From an uncultured Bacteroidales bacterium (GTDB lineage: Bacteria; Bacteroidota; Bacteroidia; Bacteroidales; WCHB1-69), in NCBI GenBank assembly GCA_946409645.1, contig CAMJXE010000005.1:6631-70630 (forward strand): 64,000 nt of DNA, written 5' to 3'. Shown here one piece after another: positions 45,250 to 53,820 of the stretch. Numbering within the stretch: the first letter of the stretch is position 1; every line of letters begins with the position of its first letter. Both the position numbers and the translations under genes were made by a program. The notes under the pieces are model-generated. The model was not told the DNA's origin. It did not search any database and saw nothing but the letters and a program-made list of their open reading frames with translations.

Positions 45250-47592
45250 ATGTTTCGAAAAAGTAATCTCCTAATCCAGATACTCTCCCTCGGGGTGGGT
45301 CTTGCAATCGGCATCGTGCTGATTGCCAAAGTGTGCTTCGAGTTGTCGTACGACAGTTTCTATAAAGACGTGGACCGTATATATTGTATCCGTTCTGGTT
45401 ACGAACTACAGGGCGAATCCAGAGATTTCCCTCAGGTGAGTGGTGCGGTAGCATTTGGCTTCAAGGCAGAGGTGCCGGGAGTGGAAGAAGCCACTCGAAT
45501 GACTTTCTATTTCAATAGTGACCGTTATTTGGACGAGGATGGCAATGTCATCACCGGAAATCTCCGTTTAGCCGATTCATGCTTCTTCCGCGTTTTTGAC
45601 CGTCCCATTCTGGCTGGCAATCCGGAGAAAGTGCTGTCAGAGCCGCTATGTTTGATGGTGTCGGAGTCGTTTGCCCAAAAAATGGGTGGCGTGGAGGAAT
45701 GTATTGGCAAAATCATCTACAACGAGGATGTCCCTTTGTTGAAAATGACTATTGAGGGCGTATTCAAGGATTTCCCTAAAAATGGTTCTATAGACGCCGA
45801 CATTTTGCTGTCGATGGAGAGTTATTCAAAAAGCAGCACGGAGAACTGGGTCGGTAACGACCGCTATGTGGGATTTGTGAAATTGCAACAAGGTGTTGAT
45901 CCGCAATCGCTTAACGATGCCATCCGTAGGATGCAGGAGGCTCATCAGCCTTTGCAGGAGTTTGAGAAGAACGGCATGAAGCTGTGGTATTATCTTGCAC
46001 CATTTGGTAAAACCCACCTCAAAGAGTCTTCGGTGCATTCAATGGTAATACTGCTTTCCGTTATTGCAACAATGCTGATTGTCATCAGCTTACTCAACTA
46101 TATCCTGATCACAATTTCGTCTATGGTACATCGAGCCAAAGAAATTGGGGTACGAAAGTGCTATGGTGCGAACGCTTTCAGTATTTATGGATTATTGGCT
46201 CGGGAGTCGATAATACATCTATTATTGGCACTCGTTTTTGCAGCTGCCATTATTTTTGCCACAAAAGGATTGATACAGAACTTGTTGGGTGTGCCATTTG
46301 GGACATTACTTGTTCCCCAAAGCATTTGGACTATTGTGGCTGTGCTGTTGCTTGTGCTGTTCGTTTCCGTTTTCGTTCCTGCGCAGCTTTACATGCGCAT
46401 TCCCGTTTCGGTGGCCTTCCGCAATTATACGGAAAATTCGCGGCGATGGAAAATAGGACTGCTTGGCGTTCAGGTGTTTGTCAATGTATTTGTCATTTCG
46501 ATGCTGATGGTCATCGCTTCGCAATATCATAAAATGATGAACGACGACCCGGGCTACAATTATGAGAATGTGTTGTTTGTGGACATGTACGACGGAAATC
46601 AAGAGGCTCAACAACGTGTGGTGAATGCTCTTGGCCAACTTTCTGAAGTGACACACATTGCAGCAAGTTATGGTCTTCCTTACATTTGGTCGAATGGCGA
46701 CAACATATATCTTCCCGGTGATGATCGTGAATTGTTCAACGTGGCCGACCAATACGAGGCCACAGAGCAATTCTATGCTCTTTTCGGGATGGAGTTTGTT
46801 GACGGTCGCGCACCGGCCGATTCCAATGAAGTGGTGGTGAGCGAGAGTTTCGTGAAACGAATGAATGACTTCACGGACTGGAGCGATGGAGCGGTGGGGA
46901 AACAGATTATGATTACCGGACACGAAAACTCTTTGACAAATCTTAAATCATTCACGATCACAGGTGTTTACCGCGACTATCGTCTGGGTAGCCTCTTGGA
47001 TATGGATACCCGACCGAGCGTGCGTTTCTACGGCAGTTTGGAGGACGGAGAGTCTTATATGCCGCATCTGGTTTTCAAAGTGAATAAAATGGATGAAACC
47101 ACGATGGGGAAGCTGAAGGAAACCATTTCTAAGGCCCTTGATGGAAAAGATGTACAGTTGAAAGTATATGCGGACGAAATGCATTCAGCATACGAAGATA
47201 GTCGCAAGATGCGCAACACCGTTTTCATCGGTTCCATTTTTGCATTGATGATTGCCATGTTGGGCCTCATCGGTTTCATACGCGATGAGTCGAGTCGTCG
47301 GAGCAAAGAAATGGCCATCCGCAAAATTAACGGTGCTACAGAGAGAGATGTACTAAGTATTTTTGCTTGGGGTGTGTTGAAGTTATCTCTTATTATGTCG
47401 ATTTTTGCGTGTGTTTTCGCCTATTTCGTTGCCGACAAATGGCTTGAACAGTTCGCCGAGCGCATCGGCCTCTCGCCGTTGTATTTCATTTTTGGCGCAA
47501 CTGTGGTTCTTCTCATCGTAGCAGTCGTAGTCGTTATGAGTAGTGTCAGAATTGCGAAGACTAACCCTGCTGAGGCGTTGAAGAAGGAGTAG
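45250..47592 (+). CDS. MacB-like ABC efflux permease with two FtsX modules (permease 2)
   Basis: MFRKSNLLIQILSLGVGLAIGIVLIAKV.. at the N-terminus, ending ..AKTNPAEALKKE. The ORF-track start at 45172 (TTG) reads through REP-A. Confidence 0.85.
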   Translation: MFRKSNLLIQILSLGVGLAIGIVLIAKVCFELSYDSFYKDVDRIYCIRSGYELQGESRDFPQVSGAVAFGFKAEVPGVEEATRMTFYFNSDRYLDEDGNVITGNLRLADSCFFRVFDRPILAGNPEKVLSEPLCLMVSESFAQKMGGVEECIGKIIYNEDVPLLKMTIEGVFKDFPKNGSIDADILLSMESYSKSSTENWVGNDRYVGFVKLQQGVDPQSLNDAIRRMQEAHQPLQEFEKNGMKLWYYLAPFGKTHLKESSVHSMVILLSVIATMLIVISLLNYILITISSMVHRAKEIGVRKCYGANAFSIYGLLARESIIHLLLALVFAAAIIFATKGLIQNLLGVPFGTLLVPQSIWTIVAVLLLVLFVSVFVPAQLYMRIPVSVAFRNYTENSRRWKIGLLGVQVFVNVFVISMLMVIASQYHKMMNDDPGYNYENVLFVDMYDGNQEAQQRVVNALGQLSEVTHIAASYGLPYIWSNGDNIYLPGDDRELFNVADQYEATEQFYALFGMEFVDGRAPADSNEVVVSESFVKRMNDFTDWSDGAVGKQIMITGHENSLTNLKSFTITGVYRDYRLGSLLDMDTRPSVRFYGSLEDGESYMPHLVFKVNKMDETTMGKLKETISKALDGKDVQLKVYADEMHSAYEDSRKMRNTVFIGSIFALMIAMLGLIGFIRDESSRRSKEMAIRKINGATERDVLSIFAWGVLKLSLIMSIFACVFAYFVADKWLEQFAERIGLSPLYFIFGATVVLLIVAVVVVMSSVRIAKTNPAEALKKE

Positions 47593-47605
47593 TTACTTGA
47601 AAAGG

Positions 47606-47929
47606 TCAATTGATATGTGCAAAATGGTCCAAATAACGGTTGAGCGCGGCAAGGGTGTCCAAATCCCCATCAAGGAAAGCCCCGCAGTAAAGTTCCCTGA
47701 ATCGGCAGAGCTCTTTCAGGAGGGCTTTGCGGTTGGGTTGCCCAAGCCTGCCGTATGCGATGGTCAGGTCGATGAGCTCCTGCATCCGCTCAAAAGCCTT
47801 TTCGGCGTTGTCGCAACGGCCTTTAGCGAGCCATTTCGTGGCACGATAAGTTTCGCTCCCAATATTGGCCATCTGTTTTGCAAAGGGCATCTCGGCCCAT
47901 GCTCCGTTACTGAGTGTCACGTGCTGCAT
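47606..47929 (-). CDS. Hypothetical 107-aa protein, predicted helical, unrecognised
   Basis: Intact ORF. Its ATG overlaps the stop of the upstream remnant frame (TAATG). Confidence 0.45.
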   Translation of the reverse strand: MQHVTLSNGAWAEMPFAKQMANIGSETYRATKWLAKGRCDNAEKAFERMQELIDLTIAYGRLGQPNRKALLKELCRFRELYCGAFLDGDLDTLAALNRYLDHFAHIN

Positions 47930-48098
47930 TATTCAACGAATTTTGAAACGATGGATTTTATTTGTTCCCTGACTTCCGGATTCTCAACATCACGGCTGCG
48001 GTTGCCTTATCGGCCACACACTTAATCATATCAATGAAAGTATTGGATGCCAATTCTTTAAGTTGTTCTCTTGATATTTTTTCAGTAAGTACCTGCAT
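47929..48098 (-). pseudogene. Internally deleted, frame-shifted small gene (resembles my recollection of the DUF5674 family)
   Basis: ATG 48098 opens MQVLTEKISREQLKELASNTFIDMIKCVADKATAAV.. and stops after 46 codons. A second frame reads GNRSRDVENPEVREQIKSIVSKFVE-stop, ending at 47929. Confidence 0.35.
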
Positions 48099-48136
48099 AA
48101 ATCATTTTTTCGGCAAAAATAATAAAATATCAACTT

Positions 48137-48240
48137 CCTTAGAGCAGCCCCGGAGGGGCAAAACGCGCGCAGCGCAATTAACCCCACACAAGCGCAGCGC
48201 AGTGTGGGGCCCATCCCCAAGCGTCGCAGCGCAGTGTGGA
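48137..48240 (+). repeat. REP-B copy 6 (tail plus two hairpin modules)
   Basis: ccttagagcagccccggaggggcaaaacgcgcgcagcgcaattaaccccacacaagcgcagcgcagtgtggggcccatccccaagcgtcgcagcgcagtgtgga; 18 nt from ATG 48258. Confidence 0.85.
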
Positions 48241-48257
48241 ACCTAAAACCAAATGAT

Positions 48258-50648
48258 ATGAAAAGCTACCTCAAATTCCTCAGCAGAAACAAACTCTACA
48301 CCGCCGTTGAGGCGGTGGGACTAGTGGTGAGCCTCGCGTTCGTCATCCTGATTGGCAATTATGTGTATCAACAGTATTCCGTGGCCTACGGCAATCCTTA
48401 TCGAGATAGGATTTATGCCGTAGGATGCCAGGATTATATGTCGCTGTCGTGGTGGGACAAGGCCGTCTTTGAGGACAAGCTTCCCGAAGCCGAGGCAGTG
48501 TGCCGCATCAGCAATGCCGACGGGGACGGTAACATCACTGTTGGCGACGAACAGCCTGTCAGTGCCGTAGTCGCCGAGGCCGACCCGGAGCTTTTTGAAC
48601 TCTTTCCAAGTCTCATTTTGATTGACGGAAATCTCGACGAGTTCCGTCTCAAAGGGCATTGTCTCGTGTCTGAGTCACTTGCTAAAGGAGCTTTCCATGG
48701 GGATGCTATCGGTAAACCGGTCAAGGTCACTTATTTCGATGAAAAAAAAGAAGCCGTGGTTTGTGGCGTGTTTAAGGATGCCGCCAACTCGATGGTGCCT
48801 CACACCGATGTGCTTTTCAACCCCGAGTTCAACGAATGGTATGTATCGGGGGAAAAGGAGCCATTCACTTCCATTGGTTCGTATGTGACCTTGATAAAAG
48901 TCCACGAAGTCACCGACCGTGAGCAGCTTGCGAAGAAAGTTGAAGCCGTGGGGTTGCCCAATTATTCCGATGGTTTCGTGAGTGCCATGCCGATTTACAC
49001 GCTTCCGGAAGTCTTTTTCTCTGAAAACCAGTGGATGTTCAAGAAAGGCAACAAACAGGTGCTGCAAATGCTGACCGTGGTGGTGGTGCTGCTCTTGCTC
49101 TCGGCCATTTTCAACTATGTCAACCTCAACATGGCCCTTTCGGGGAAACGCGCCAAGGAGATGGCCACGAGGCGGCTTCATGGGGCCACGAAAGGACTAA
49201 TCGTAATAAAGTATATCCTTGAGTCCGTGGCGTTTACGGCAATATCTTTTGTTTTGGCATTCTTGGTGGCTTACGCTTTCCTCCCGATGATGAACAGTTT
49301 GCTGCATAGTGTTTCGGGCGGCGAATTTGGCATCGATGCACCGTTTGAGCAGTTTGTTCCTGTTCGATTTGAGTGGTCTGTGGGCATTGTGGCAGCTTAT
49401 CTTGTGGCGGTTGTGCTGTTGGGCACTTTGGCGGGCATCGCGCCTGCCGCCATTGCTTCGCGTTGCGATCCGATTGATGTGGTGCGTGGCACCTATCGGC
49501 TTCAAACAAAAAGGGTGTTCAGCAAGGTGTTCATTGTGTTCCAAAACACCATCACCATCGTCCTGATTGCCATGGCAATCCTGATGGAAGTGCAAATGCG
49601 CCACATGATGAACCGTCCCACTAACATGCGCTCGGAGGGCTTGTATTCGTTGCAATGCTGGGTGGCGGACTATTCCGATATAGCACCGCTCATCGACCGT
49701 TTGGAGAAGATCCCGAACGTGAAAGCAGTGAGCTACGGTCGTGGTTTTGCCGGGCAGATGAACATGGGCACCACTGTGATCACGCCCGAAGGCGAAAAGG
49801 TGAACTTGCAACTCATTCTATGCGATGAAACGTATTTCGATATGCTTGGTTTGCAGATTGTAGAGGATTTCGGCGTGCCAAAAACCAATTCAGTCTGGAT
49901 GTCGAAGACTTTGGCTGAAAAACTCGCTTTGAACGACTCAACGATGCATTATTACCCCCGACACATGCGCATCAATGGCTCCCGACCCGAGACCGTGGGC
50001 GGCATCTATGAAGACTTCCCGACACGGTCGGCAGCGGCCTCCGAACCCAACCAGTTTTCGGCAGTCATCATCGCCAAGGCGGAAGATCTGATTTGGGGCA
50101 ATGGCGTAATGGTGGATGTTTCTGGTGATTACAAAGAGACCGAAAAAGCCATTCTGCAAGCCTATGCCGACTATTCCGAGGAAAAGAACGGCACCTACGT
50201 GGAACCGGCGCAAAACGGCTATGTGCAAAACCTTAACAACTTGTTGCTTCGACCTGTAAAAATGGCCATGCGCCTGCTCGAACTGTTCATGCTGCTATCC
50301 GTCTTGATTTCGCTGCTCGGTCTCGTCGCCATGAGCACCTACTACAGCGGCGAGAACACCAAGAGCATCGCCGTGCGGAAAACCTTCGGCAGCGATGTGC
50401 GGCGCGAGCTGTGGCGCACCGTCAGAAGCTACATGCTGCTCGTGGGAATCGCGGCAATGATCGGTGTGCCTGTCGCTGTCTGGCTAAGCGGGAAGTACTT
50501 GGAACGTTTCGCCTACCGCATCGAGCATTACGGCTGGGTCTTCGCCGTGGCCGTCCTACTCACCGCGCTGATGGCCTTCCTCTCGGTGCTTTGGCAGACC
50601 CTCCGCGCCGCGCGGACGAACCCGGCGGAGGCGTTGAAGAAGGAATAG
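48258..50648 (+). CDS. MacB-like ABC efflux permease with two FtsX modules (permease 3)
   Basis: The N-terminal 33 aa are identical to permease 1. The TM bundles and C-terminal ~110 aa are closely similar, the periplasmic domains are divergent, and it ends ..WQTLRAARTNPAEALKKE. Confidence 0.85.
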   Translation: MKSYLKFLSRNKLYTAVEAVGLVVSLAFVILIGNYVYQQYSVAYGNPYRDRIYAVGCQDYMSLSWWDKAVFEDKLPEAEAVCRISNADGDGNITVGDEQPVSAVVAEADPELFELFPSLILIDGNLDEFRLKGHCLVSESLAKGAFHGDAIGKPVKVTYFDEKKEAVVCGVFKDAANSMVPHTDVLFNPEFNEWYVSGEKEPFTSIGSYVTLIKVHEVTDREQLAKKVEAVGLPNYSDGFVSAMPIYTLPEVFFSENQWMFKKGNKQVLQMLTVVVVLLLLSAIFNYVNLNMALSGKRAKEMATRRLHGATKGLIVIKYILESVAFTAISFVLAFLVAYAFLPMMNSLLHSVSGGEFGIDAPFEQFVPVRFEWSVGIVAAYLVAVVLLGTLAGIAPAAIASRCDPIDVVRGTYRLQTKRVFSKVFIVFQNTITIVLIAMAILMEVQMRHMMNRPTNMRSEGLYSLQCWVADYSDIAPLIDRLEKIPNVKAVSYGRGFAGQMNMGTTVITPEGEKVNLQLILCDETYFDMLGLQIVEDFGVPKTNSVWMSKTLAEKLALNDSTMHYYPRHMRINGSRPETVGGIYEDFPTRSAAASEPNQFSAVIIAKAEDLIWGNGVMVDVSGDYKETEKAILQAYADYSEEKNGTYVEPAQNGYVQNLNNLLLRPVKMAMRLLELFMLLSVLISLLGLVAMSTYYSGENTKSIAVRKTFGSDVRRELWRTVRSYMLLVGIAAMIGVPVAVWLSGKYLERFAYRIEHYGWVFAVAVLLTALMAFLSVLWQTLRAARTNPAEALKKE

Positions 50649-50690
50649 AAACCTTGGATCACCTTGCGAAAGGTATGACTTTTTGGGCAT

Positions 50691-50718
50691 TGTGAGATGC
50701 AAAATTTTGCGTCTCTAC
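50691..50718. repeat. REP-A copy 9 (variant: stem retained, A/T loop)
   Basis: tgtGAGATGCaaaattttGCGTCTCtac. Confidence 0.7.
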
Positions 50719-50755
50719 CGGCTGTATCCGTCGCCAAAACTAATCAAGAACTTTG

Positions 50756-50792
50756 AAAATGGCGATTTATATATCTTATATTTCGCCATTTT
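50756..50792 (+). promoter_or_regulatory. 10-bp-arm inverted repeat upstream of the cassette B promoter (possible operator)
   Basis: AAAATGGCGA-17 nt-TCGCCATTTT. A third partial copy, attttggcgg, is at 50808-50817. The word resembles the GAAAATGTGAT of cassette C. Confidence 0.45.
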
Positions 50793-50835
50793 AGGTTATT
50801 TTTATTTATTTTGGCGGACTATCTGAATAAAATTG

Positions 50836-50843
50836 TATCTTTG
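50836..50843 (+). promoter_or_regulatory. -7 box TATCTTTG for cassette B
   Basis: tgTATCTTTGca, 25 nt upstream of ATG 50868. Confidence 0.55.
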
Positions 50844-50867
50844 CACCTGTCATAAAACGGTATTGTT

Positions 50868-52289
50868 ATGGATAAAAATTTTATCGGCAGAAAACAGGAA
50901 ATCAAAATGTTACAAGACATTAAAGATTCTGGAAAAGCTGAATTTGTGGCCGTTTACGGGCGTCGGCGCGTGGGCAAGACTTATCTGATACAGCAATTCT
51001 TCAATTACAGCTTCGCCTTCTCTGCCACGGGCATCATAGAAGGCACCCGCGAAGAGGAACTCTTTGCCTTTACGAGTGCCATGATTGCTGTCGGTTATAC
51101 AGGACCCCAGCCCAAGACTTGGCTCGAAGCATTTGAAGCACTCAAATCTGTTTTAGAGAAACAGTCGCACAAAGGTCGTCTGGTCATCTATATTGACGAA
51201 CTCCCTTGCTTTGATACGCCCAAGTCAGGCTTTGTACGTGCTTTAGGGCATTTTTGGAACACCTGGGCCGCATTACGTAAAGATGTCATACTTGTTGTTT
51301 GCGGTTCCGCTACCTCTTGGATGATTGAGAACATTGTCAATGACCACGGTGGGCTCCATGATCGAACCACCCATACTATCTATTTGAGGCAGTTTACGTT
51401 AGCAGAAACGGAATCCTATCTGAAGACTAAGAAAATCCATTGGTCGCGTCAGATGATTGTTGAGACATACATGATGCTCGGGGGCATACCCTATTACCTC
51501 AGTTTGCTCAACCCTCAAGAGAGCCTTGCCCAAAACATCGACAGACTCTATTTTCATAAAAACGCTGAACTCGGACAGGAATACAAACGTCTTTATGCCT
51601 CTCTGTTCAAGTCGCCAGAATCTTACATTCGCATTGTGGAGCTGTTAGGCAAGAACAAGCAGGGGCTCACAAGAGGAGAAATTGCAGAAAATCTGAAAAT
51701 ATCATCCAGCGGCACACTGAGTAAACAGCTTGAAAATCTGGAATATTGCGACATTATTCGCCGTTATGTGACCAAGATGGGTGGCAAACCTAAAACCAAC
51801 GAGGCCTATTTCCAATTGGTGGACCTCTTCACGCTTTTCCATCTCACTTTCTCCAAGAAACTTACTACCGAAGACTATTGGGTGCAGCATCTCAACACTC
51901 CAGTCCTTAACACTTGGCAAGGACTTGCTTTCGAGCATGTCTGCATGGTACATATAAACCAGATTCGTCATGCCCTTGGCCTTGACAGAATTGCGGTGGA
52001 ATACTACTCTTGGCGAAACTCTAAAGTTCCTCGGGCACAAGTGGATATGATTATCGAGCGTGCTGACCGTCTCATTAACCTTTGCGAAATCAAATACACC
52101 CAATCGGAATACACCATTACTTCCGATGAGGATCTGAAAATCCGTAACCGTACGGCGGTATTCGTCCGAGAGACTAAGACCCGAAGCGGTATTCTTCCCA
52201 CTTGGATTACTCCTTACGGTCTTTCCCCGAATGAGTTTTCCTCAAATGTCCAATATCAGGTAACGATGGACGACCTGTTTGCAGGCTGA
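50868..52289 (+). CDS. Archaeal-type ATPase (ATPase_2) with DUF234 / PD-(D/E)xK-like C-terminus: cassette B
   Basis: FIGRKQEIKML.., Walker A GRRRVGKT, Walker B LVIYIDEL, and C-terminal AQVDMIIE..NLCEIKYT. Confidence 0.85.
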   Translation: MDKNFIGRKQEIKMLQDIKDSGKAEFVAVYGRRRVGKTYLIQQFFNYSFAFSATGIIEGTREEELFAFTSAMIAVGYTGPQPKTWLEAFEALKSVLEKQSHKGRLVIYIDELPCFDTPKSGFVRALGHFWNTWAALRKDVILVVCGSATSWMIENIVNDHGGLHDRTTHTIYLRQFTLAETESYLKTKKIHWSRQMIVETYMMLGGIPYYLSLLNPQESLAQNIDRLYFHKNAELGQEYKRLYASLFKSPESYIRIVELLGKNKQGLTRGEIAENLKISSSGTLSKQLENLEYCDIIRRYVTKMGGKPKTNEAYFQLVDLFTLFHLTFSKKLTTEDYWVQHLNTPVLNTWQGLAFEHVCMVHINQIRHALGLDRIAVEYYSWRNSKVPRAQVDMIIERADRLINLCEIKYTQSEYTITSDEDLKIRNRTAVFVRETKTRSGILPTWITPYGLSPNEFSSNVQYQVTMDDLFAG

Positions 52290-52299
52290 ATTGTCCGCT

Positions 52300-52350
52300 A
52301 CGTTGCGCGCCGCGAAGACGAATCCTGCGGAGGCGTTGAAGAAGGAGTAG
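52300..52350 (+). pseudogene. Orphan 3' end of a MacB-like permease gene (16 codons plus stop)
   Basis: acg ttg cgc gcc gcg aag acg aat cct gcg gag gcg ttg aag aag gag tag = TLRAAKTNPAEALKKE-stop. No permease body lies upstream. Confidence 0.7.
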
Positions 52351-52353
52351 GGA

Positions 52354-52385
52354 TGTATAGAGACGCAATGCATTGCGTTTCTACA
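52354..52385. repeat. REP-A copy 10 (variant loop); overlaps the stop codon of cassette C
   Basis: tgtatagagacgcaatgcattgcgtttctaca. Confidence 0.8.
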
Positions 52386-53721
52386 TCTTCTCCTTTAGGA
52401 AACGTTTCAGCAGGAAGGCGAGAAAATAGGGGAATGTGTAGAAGCTTCCGTTCCAACCGATGTTCTTGTATCCGAATTTGATGCCGTATTTGACTTCAGG
52501 ATAGGAATCCCATTTGATCAGGTTGTTCAGCGAAGCCGTCGTCCCGTCTTTGGCCTTCACCTCAACGGGAATCAGCGAATCGGCATCCCTTACAAAGAAA
52601 TCCATCTCTACGGCAGGATTGTCATGTTTATAGAAGTACAATTGTTCATAGCCCGACTTGCGCAACATCTCGCCGACCACATTCTCATAGACGGCACCTT
52701 TGTACGTTCCGAAGTTTCGATTGACCCTGAGATCGTCCTGTGCCTCCTCGTCTAACGAAGCAATCAGCAGACCTGTATCGTGGTAATAGATTTTGTAAAA
52801 ATCGGGATCATAATTACCTTTCAGCGGCAACTCCACGTTGTTTAGGCAATAACAGACATTGATCACGCCAGCCTCTTTCAACCACTCCACAGCACCGATA
52901 TACTCCCGGTTACGCGCACCTTTGGCAACCTTCGTGATCTGGAACTTTTTGTTTTCTTTCGCCAAGAATGTCGGGATGTGGCTATACACTGCAAGAACTT
53001 TTGCCTTGTCTGTCTCCTTGGCATATTTCGTGATGTCTTCCTCATAATCTTTCAGAAGCTGGCGTTGCAGTTTCAACGTTCCGCCGAAATGGCCGTTGTC
53101 AATGTACATTTTGACCACCTCCGGCATACCACCGAGTGTCATATAATCGCGGAAAATCCCCATATAGGTGTCCATCTCAAGCTGCGAGAAAGGCTTTAGT
53201 GAAAGCGTATGGGCAAAAAGGTCTTCGACCTGTTCCTTAGAATAGCCTTTGGCCCACAAAAATTCCTCGAAATCCATTGAAAACATGTCGTAATCTTCTT
53301 TGTAACCGACTGCATTCGATTCGATTTCTTCGTAATAGATGCCCATAAGCGAGCCCGAGCAAATCACATCGAAACGCCGGTCCTGACAAAATGACTTGAG
53401 TGAGGTAGCACAGTCGGGACATTTCTGCAACTCATCGAAAAACAGCAGAGTCCTGTTTGGGATAATCTTCCACGACGGTTCCAGAATGCTGATGTTCTTG
53501 ATAATCTGGTCCACCTCGTAGCCATCGTTGAAGATATTGCGGAATTTCTTCTGAAGCATGAAATTCATTTCGAGTACAGAATCGTAGTTTACACGTCCAA
53601 AAGCTCTGATAGATTCAGTTTTACCAATTTGTCTGGCTCCTTTCACTATCAAAGGTTTCCTTTTTGGGTTGCTCTTCCAGTCCGATAGGAATGTATCTAT
53701 TTTTCTTTCAAGTAGTTCCAT
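52381..53721 (-). CDS. AAA+ ATPase (AAA_14-type) with DUF4143 / PD-(D/E)xK nuclease-like C-terminus: cassette C
   Basis: Walker A GARQIGKT, Walker B LLFFDELQ, and C-terminal VEMDFFV..IPVEVKAKDG. Confidence 0.85.
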   Translation of the reverse strand: MELLERKIDTFLSDWKSNPKRKPLIVKGARQIGKTESIRAFGRVNYDSVLEMNFMLQKKFRNIFNDGYEVDQIIKNISILEPSWKIIPNRTLLFFDELQKCPDCATSLKSFCQDRRFDVICSGSLMGIYYEEIESNAVGYKEDYDMFSMDFEEFLWAKGYSKEQVEDLFAHTLSLKPFSQLEMDTYMGIFRDYMTLGGMPEVVKMYIDNGHFGGTLKLQRQLLKDYEEDITKYAKETDKAKVLAVYSHIPTFLAKENKKFQITKVAKGARNREYIGAVEWLKEAGVINVCYCLNNVELPLKGNYDPDFYKIYYHDTGLLIASLDEEAQDDLRVNRNFGTYKGAVYENVVGEMLRKSGYEQLYFYKHDNPAVEMDFFVRDADSLIPVEVKAKDGTTASLNNLIKWDSYPEVKYGIKFGYKNIGWNGSFYTFPYFLAFLLKRFLKEKM

Positions 53722-53729
53722 GTTTTATT

Positions 53730-53806
53730 ATCACATTTTCGGCTGCAAAAATAATAAAAAAATCACATTTTCAGATATTCAACTTGAAAAAAAATCACAT
53801 TTTCAG
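53730..53806 (-). repeat. Three direct copies of YYGAAAATGTGAT at 32-nt phasing in the leader of cassette C
   Basis: The plus strand reads atcacattttc(g/a)g at 53730-53742, 53762-53774 and 53794-53806. Confidence 0.85.
53746..53753 (-). promoter_or_regulatory. -7 box TATTTTTG for cassette C
   Basis: The plus strand reads caaaaata, 25 nt upstream of ATG 53721, between word copies 1 and 2 (counting from the ATG). Confidence 0.55.
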
Positions 53807-53820
53807 ACTTCTCCGTCCTT

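Noticed and set aside
2423-52385. REP-A as an engineered Golden-Gate-style stuffer (outward-facing GAGACG..CGTCTC BsmBI/Esp3I sites around an NcoI site)
   Set aside because: There are ten diverged copies in natural intergenic and coding contexts, with variant loops and no vector backbone or cloning scars. This behaves like a native REP family, and the restriction-site resemblance is coincidental.
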